A DNA stretch of 64,000 bases from Vicinamibacterales bacterium (GTDB taxonomy: Bacteria; Acidobacteriota; Vicinamibacteria; Vicinamibacterales; UBA2999). The notes under the pieces are model-generated. The model had not been told where the DNA came from, made no database searches, and saw nothing but the letters and a program-made list of their open reading frames with translations. A program made the translations under genes and the position numbers. Positions 59,659 through 64,000 of this stretch are shown piece by piece. Location: the NCBI GenBank assembly GCA_041394685.1, contig JAWKHU010000034.1, positions 150,827 through 214,826 of the forward strand, in the 5' to 3' direction. How positions within the stretch are numbered: position 1 is the stretch's first letter; every line of letters begins with the position of its first letter.

Positions 59659-60738
59659 TCACGGCCGGCCGCCGAGGGCCTGGCGGCAGGCGGCCAGGAC
59701 CATGGGGACGGTGATGTGGCCCAGGCACCGGAAGTCGCCGGGAACACAGGTGCGCTGGTGGCAGGGACGGCAGGGGAGCGGGCCCGCGTCCACCGCCACC
59801 GACGGGCACGCCGGGTCGCGCCACGGCAAGGATCGCTCGGGCAGCGTGGGGCCGAAGAGCGCGACGACAGGTGTGCGGGTCGTTGCCGCAATGTGCAGGG
59901 GACCGCTGTCGCCGCCGATGTAGAGGCGCGCGCTCGAGACCAGCGCCGCCAGCTCCTCCAGGTCGAACTCCCCGCACCGCACGATGCGCCGCCCCTCCGG
60001 GTCGTCGATGCGCGCCCGCGCGTCGCGCGCCACGCGCGAGGCGGCGTCGGCTTCGGACGGGCCGGACGTGATGACGACCGCCAGGGACGGGTCGTCGCGC
60101 GTCAGTTCGGCGGCGAGCTCGGCAAAGCGCTCTGCCGGCCAGCGGCGGAAGGGGTTGCCCGCGCTGACGTGCAGCACGGCCAGGGGCGTCCCGGGCGCCA
60201 CGCCGGCGTCCTCGAGCCGCTCGTCGACGCGCGCGACGGCGTCGGGCGCCAGGGGCATCTCGCACGGGTCTGCACGCAGGTCGGGCTCGCCGATGCCCAG
60301 CGGACGAATGAGGTCCCACTGGTTCAGCACCGAGTGCCGCGGAGGCACCAGCGACGGGGTCCACGGCACGCGCGTCGTGTAGGCCCATCGGCGGCCGGGG
60401 AGGTCGTAGCCGATTCGCATGGCGGCGCCGGAGGCGCGGGTCAGCCACGCCGCGCGCGGGCCGCCGTGCAGGTCGATGGCTACGTCGAACCGGCGCGCGC
60501 GCAGCCGGCGGGCGAGATCCCAGTCGTAGCGGAGGCGCGCCAGGCCGCGCGGCCGCTCGACGACGACGAGGTCGTCGATGGCGGTGTTGTGCCGGACGAC
60601 CGGGGCGGCAGCGGCTTCGACGAGATAGGTAAGGTGCGCCGACGGGAAGCGGCGCCTGAGCGCGCGCACGACCGGGGTGGTGAAGACCACGTCGCCGATC
60701 AGGCGCAGGCGGATCAGCAGGATGGCGCGGGGGCTCAG
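59659..60738 (-). CDS. Glycosyltransferase family 9 (LPS heptosyltransferase); the start codon is uncertain
   Basis: 'ILLIRLRLIGDVVFTTPVVRALRRRFPSAHLTYLVE...FDVAIDLHGGPRAAWL...LYIGGDSGPLHIAATTRTPVVALFGPT'. There is no ATG/GTG near the expected start, so 60738 is a placeholder. Confidence 0.75.
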   Translation of the reverse strand: MSPRAILLIRLRLIGDVVFTTPVVRALRRRFPSAHLTYLVEAAAAPVVRHNTAIDDLVVVERPRGLARLRYDWDLARRLRARRFDVAIDLHGGPRAAWLTRASGAAMRIGYDLPGRRWAYTTRVPWTPSLVPPRHSVLNQWDLIRPLGIGEPDLRADPCEMPLAPDAVARVDERLEDAGVAPGTPLAVLHVSAGNPFRRWPAERFAELAAELTRDDPSLAVVITSGPSEADAASRVARDARARIDDPEGRRIVRCGEFDLEELAALVSSARLYIGGDSGPLHIAATTRTPVVALFGPTLPERSLPWRDPACPSVAVDAGPLPCRPCHQRTCVPGDFRCLGHITVPMVLAACRQALGGRP

Positions 60739-60905
60739 GGCTCGACCGTGGCCTCGTCGATCAGCATCACCGGGATGTCGTCCTTGATCGGGTACACGCG
60801 GTGACAGGCATCGCACTTGAGCGCCGTGCCATCCTTCACGAGCCGCACCGGCGTCTTGCACGCCGGGCAGGCGAGGATTTCGAGCAGCTCCGGATCGACG
60901 GGCAT
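60735..60905 (-). CDS. Trm112/YcaR (UPF0434) family zinc-ribbon protein (56 aa)
   Basis: 'MPVDPELLEILACPACKTPVRLVKDGTALKCDACHRVYPIKDDIPVMLIDEA'. Confidence 0.85.
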   Translation of the reverse strand: MPVDPELLEILACPACKTPVRLVKDGTALKCDACHRVYPIKDDIPVMLIDEATVEP

Positions 60906-60949
60906 AATAAGGACTATACACCGCCGATTCCGCCGGTCAGAATCAAGGC

Positions 60950-62899
60950 ATGCGCCTGATAGCAACGACCGCGATCGCCGTGTTCCTCGTTGCCTGGCCC
61001 GCGGCGGCCCAGCCGCCCGCGGACCCGCAGGCCCAGGCCTACTACGAGTTCATGCTCGCCCGGCGGCTCGAGTCCGACGGTGACGCCGCCGGCGCATTGG
61101 CCGCGCTCACCCGGGCGCAGACACTGGACCCCGAAGCCGCCGACATCCCCGCCGAGATGGCGTCGGTGCACGCCCGCCAGAACGACGGCGCAGCCGCGAA
61201 GGCCGCGGCCGAGCGCGCGCTCGCGCTGGAGCCCGACAACGTCGAGGCCCACCGCATCCTCGGCCTCGTGTACTCGGCGTGGGCCGAGGGCGCGGGGGCG
61301 GCGCCCGCTGGCGAGACCCCGGACTCGCTGCGGGCCAAGGCCATCGAGCACCTCGAGGCCATCCGCGGCACGCCCGCCATGGCGACGGATCTCAGCCTGC
61401 AGATTGCGCTGGGCCGGCAGCTGCTGCGGACGGGCAAGACCGACGAAGCCGTCACCATCCTCGAGAACGTGGCCTCGCAGGCGCCCTACGTCGCGGAGCC
61501 GTTCGTGCTGCTCGCCGAGGCGCGCACGACGCAGGGCCGCGTGCAGGAGGCCGCCGAGGCGCTGGTGCAGGCCGCGCAGGTGAACCCGCGCTACTACGTG
61601 TCCCTGGCCGACCTGTACGAGCGGCTGGGCCGCAGGGCCGCGGCCGCGGGCGCCTACGCCCAGGCGCTCGACGGCATTCGCTCGCCGAGCCGCGATCTGC
61701 GCCTCCGCTACATCTCGGCGCTGCTGAACGTGCCGGACGGCATCGGCGCCTCGCGCGCGCGTGCGGCCATCGACGAGCTCCTCACCGACAGCCCGAACGA
61801 CACGCGTCTGCTCTACCTGAAGTCCACCGCCGCCCTGCAGCTGCACGACACCGCGACCGCCGAGGCCGCTGCCCGGCAGATTCTGGCGTCCAATCCCGGC
61901 AGCGTGGCCGGTCTCAGCGCCCTCGCGCGGACCCTCGCCGATCAATACCGCTACCGCGACGTGGTCGAGCTCCTGGCGCCGCTGGCGCGTGAGACGGCGG
62001 CGCGCGAGAAAGGCCGCGAGCCGGAAACCGCATCCGCGCTGTCGCAGCTCGGACTGGCCTACCAGCAACTGGGCGACTACGAGGAGGCGATCGCGGCATA
62101 CACTGCCGCGCGTACCGTCAGCGGCGACGAGGCCTACGACCTCTACATCGTCCAGGCGCTGATGTCGGCGCGGCAGTTCGACCGCGCGGCGGCGCTCGCG
62201 GAGACAGCACTGGCCGCCGACCCCACCGACGTGCGGATGGCGAGGCTGCGCGCCCAGGCCCTGGCGCGCGCGGGCCGGACCGCCGAGGCCATCACCTTTC
62301 TCGAAGGCGCGATCAAGGCGGAGTCCCGCAGCCCGCAGCTCGCGCTGGCGCTGGCCGACGCCTACGCCGCCGACAAGCGCTACGACGATGCGGTTCGCGT
62401 GATCGAGCAGGCCGAGACGGCGTTCGGCGAGGACGAGGCGTTCACGCTCAAGCTGGTCGGCCTGTACGAAGAGTCGGGCCGCCTGGCGGAGGCCGAGCGC
62501 GAGCTGCGTGCGCGCATCGAGGGCGACCCCCTTGACGCGCTGGCGCTCAACTACCTCGGGTACATGCTCGCCGACCGCACGCAGCGCTTCGACGAGGCCG
62601 TCGATCTGATCCAGCGCGCCCTGAAGGTCGAGCCCGACAACCCGTCGTATCTCGACAGCCTGGGATGGGCGCTCTACAAGCAGGGCAAGGTGGACGAGGC
62701 GGCCCAGCCGCTCGGCCGTGCCGCGGCCGCGCTGCCGGCCAACTCCGTGATCCAGGACCACCACGGCGACGTCCTGGCGCGGCAGGGCAAGTGGACCGAG
62801 GCCGCGTCCGCGTGGCAGCGCGCGCTCGACGGCGACGGCGAGTCGATCGACCGGAGCGAGGTCACCAAGAAGCTGCAGGATGCGCGCCGCCGCCGCTAG
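60950..62899 (+). CDS. Secreted TPR-repeat protein (649 aa)
   Basis: Signal 'IATTAIAVFLVAWPAAAQ', then many TPR-like A/L-rich repeats including '...NYLGYMLADR...PDNPSYLDSLGWALYKQGK'. Confidence 0.75.
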   Translation: MRLIATTAIAVFLVAWPAAAQPPADPQAQAYYEFMLARRLESDGDAAGALAALTRAQTLDPEAADIPAEMASVHARQNDGAAAKAAAERALALEPDNVEAHRILGLVYSAWAEGAGAAPAGETPDSLRAKAIEHLEAIRGTPAMATDLSLQIALGRQLLRTGKTDEAVTILENVASQAPYVAEPFVLLAEARTTQGRVQEAAEALVQAAQVNPRYYVSLADLYERLGRRAAAAGAYAQALDGIRSPSRDLRLRYISALLNVPDGIGASRARAAIDELLTDSPNDTRLLYLKSTAALQLHDTATAEAAARQILASNPGSVAGLSALARTLADQYRYRDVVELLAPLARETAAREKGREPETASALSQLGLAYQQLGDYEEAIAAYTAARTVSGDEAYDLYIVQALMSARQFDRAAALAETALAADPTDVRMARLRAQALARAGRTAEAITFLEGAIKAESRSPQLALALADAYAADKRYDDAVRVIEQAETAFGEDEAFTLKLVGLYEESGRLAEAERELRARIEGDPLDALALNYLGYMLADRTQRFDEAVDLIQRALKVEPDNPSYLDSLGWALYKQGKVDEAAQPLGRAAAALPANSVIQDHHGDVLARQGKWTEAASAWQRALDGDGESIDRSEVTKKLQDARRRR

Positions 62900-63674
62900 C
62901 CGAGCGGCCGGCGCCATCGTCGCCGCTGCGCTGTTCTCCGGCGCCTGTGCCGCCCGCCTGCCGCCGCGGCCGTCCGGTGCCGCCACCCCCGCTCCGGATG
63001 CACTGGAACTCTTCACCCGAGCCACCGCACACTGCGAGGGCCTGCGGACGATGACCTCCGAGCTCTCGCTGTCTGGGCATGCGGGCGACGAGCGCCTGCG
63101 CGGCCGCGTCATTGCCGGCCTCGAACGCGGCGGCCGTGCCCGGCTCGAGGGGGTCGCGCCGTTCGGGGCACCCATCTTCATCCTGGCCGCACGCGACGAG
63201 CGCGCGACGCTCCTGCTGCCGCGCGACCGACGGGTTCTGCAGGATGCCGCCGTCGGCGCCGTGATCGAGCGGCTGACGGGGCTGCCGCTCGGCGCCGACG
63301 ACCTGCGCGGCGTGCTGGCCGGGTGCCCCGGCGCGGGCGCGGCGCAGGAGGGGCGTTCGTGGCCTGGCGGCTGGCGGGCGGTCGGCATCGGCGATGGGCG
63401 CACGGCGTTCCTGCGCGAGCGCAGCGGCCAGTGGACGGTGGTGGCGGTCGATGCCGGCGCCTGGCGCGCCGACTACGCCACGGTCGTCAACGGCTACCCG
63501 CGCGAGGTGCGCCTCCGCACGACCGACGGCGCCGTGGACGTGATCGCCCGCGTGGCGCAGCTCGAGGTCAACACCGACATCGACGCGGCGGCGTTCGACG
63601 TCGAGGTGCCGCCCGGGACCGAGCCCATGACGCTCGACGAGCTCCGCTCGGTGGCGCCGCTGCGGACGCCATGA
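62880..63674 (+). CDS. LolB-like outer-membrane lipoprotein (DUF4292-type)
   Basis: Lipobox 'ALFSGAC', a size of about 260 aa, and a position immediately upstream of ispE with an ATGA overlap. Confidence 0.5.
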   Translation: MRAAAASRAAGAIVAAALFSGACAARLPPRPSGAATPAPDALELFTRATAHCEGLRTMTSELSLSGHAGDERLRGRVIAGLERGGRARLEGVAPFGAPIFILAARDERATLLLPRDRRVLQDAAVGAVIERLTGLPLGADDLRGVLAGCPGAGAAQEGRSWPGGWRAVGIGDGRTAFLRERSGQWTVVAVDAGAWRADYATVVNGYPREVRLRTTDGAVDVIARVAQLEVNTDIDAAAFDVEVPPGTEPMTLDELRSVAPLRTP

Positions 63675-64000
63675 CGCTGACACTTCCGGCCTGCGCCAAG
63701 GTGAACCTCGATCTGCGGGTGCTGGGCGTGCGCCCGGACGGGTATCACGACCTTCGCACGGTCTTTCAGTCCGTGGCGCTGGCCGACCAGGTCACGCTGG
63801 CCGAGTCGCGCGGCCCGCTGGTCCTCACGTGCGACGACCCGCGCGTGCCCACGGACCGCCGGAACCTGGCGTGGAAAGCGGCCTCGCTGCTGTGGCGGCT
63901 GGCGCGGCTGGGGCGCGGGGCGCCCCGGGGCGTCCGCATTCACCTGGCGAAGCGGATCCCGGCGGAGGCGGGCCTGGGCGGCGGCAGCGCGGACGCGGCG
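63671..64000 (+). CDS. ispE: 4-(cytidine 5'-diphospho)-2-C-methyl-D-erythritol kinase, 5' part (runs off the window)
   Basis: 'LPACAKVNLDLRVLGVRPDGYHDLRTVFQSVALADQV...NLAWKAA...IHLAKRIPAEAGLGGGSADAA'. Confidence 0.9.
   Translation, partial: MTLTLPACAKVNLDLRVLGVRPDGYHDLRTVFQSVALADQVTLAESRGPLVLTCDDPRVPTDRRNLAWKAASLLWRLARLGRGAPRGVRIHLAKRIPAEAGLGGGSADAA

Overview
High-GC bacterial chromosomal segment. Gene content (a CarboxypepD_reg-type TonB-dependent receptor, NHL-propeller paralogues, TPR proteins, a PDZ/GAF Ser/Thr kinase) suggests an Acidobacteriota-like soil organism; this is inference only. Layout, left to right: (1) Lhr helicase, a large membrane sensor Ser/Thr kinase and a GT1 glycosyltransferase, all on the minus strand (1-6.9 kb). 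(2) A complex I operon nuoA-B-C-[gmhA]-D-EF-H-J-K-L-M-N (7.2-19.8 kb). It has nuoE and nuoF in one ORF, no nuoG or nuoI, and a heptose isomerase gene inserted in it. (3) A DAACS-family symporter (20.1-21.4 kb). (4) A sedentary chromosomal integron. It comprises an integron integrase (intI, 21498..22465, minus), a divergent attI region ending at a GTTAGCC core (22816), and 13 attC sites delimiting about 14 promoterless plus-strand cassettes up to about 31.2-32.0 kb. (5) Housekeeping and accessory genes: RidA, two DHFR-family genes, AmpG, GNAT, an MDR oxidoreductase, CorA, a histidine phosphatase, Fe-ADH, D-aminoacylase, SelA, CspA and PurH. (6) A TonB-dependent receptor, a CarboxypepD_reg/TPR protein, two NHL-propeller paralogues and a histidine kinase/response regulator pair (48.5-57.4 kb). 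(7) LPS-core genes (heptose kinase, O-antigen ligase, GT9 heptosyltransferase), Trm112, a TPR protein, a LolB-like lipoprotein and ispE. The integron is the most interesting element. Most cassette proteins are ORFans. One cassette carries a translationally coupled TIR/deoxyribosyltransferase-like gene plus a RyR-domain gene, which is a candidate new conflict/defence module. Others carry an Imm8-like orphan immunity protein, a possible PD-(D/E)xK protein and small membrane-protein pairs. A second genome-specific feature is a family of 7-9 nt microsatellites placed exactly at gene 3' ends, several with G-quadruplex potential. Major caveat: reading frames of clearly essential genes (nuoL, nuoM, nuoN, purH, selA and others) are broken by single-base indels throughout the window. 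The sequence is probably an unpolished error-prone assembly, so broken frames should not be read as pseudogenes. No tRNA, rRNA or CRISPR was found.
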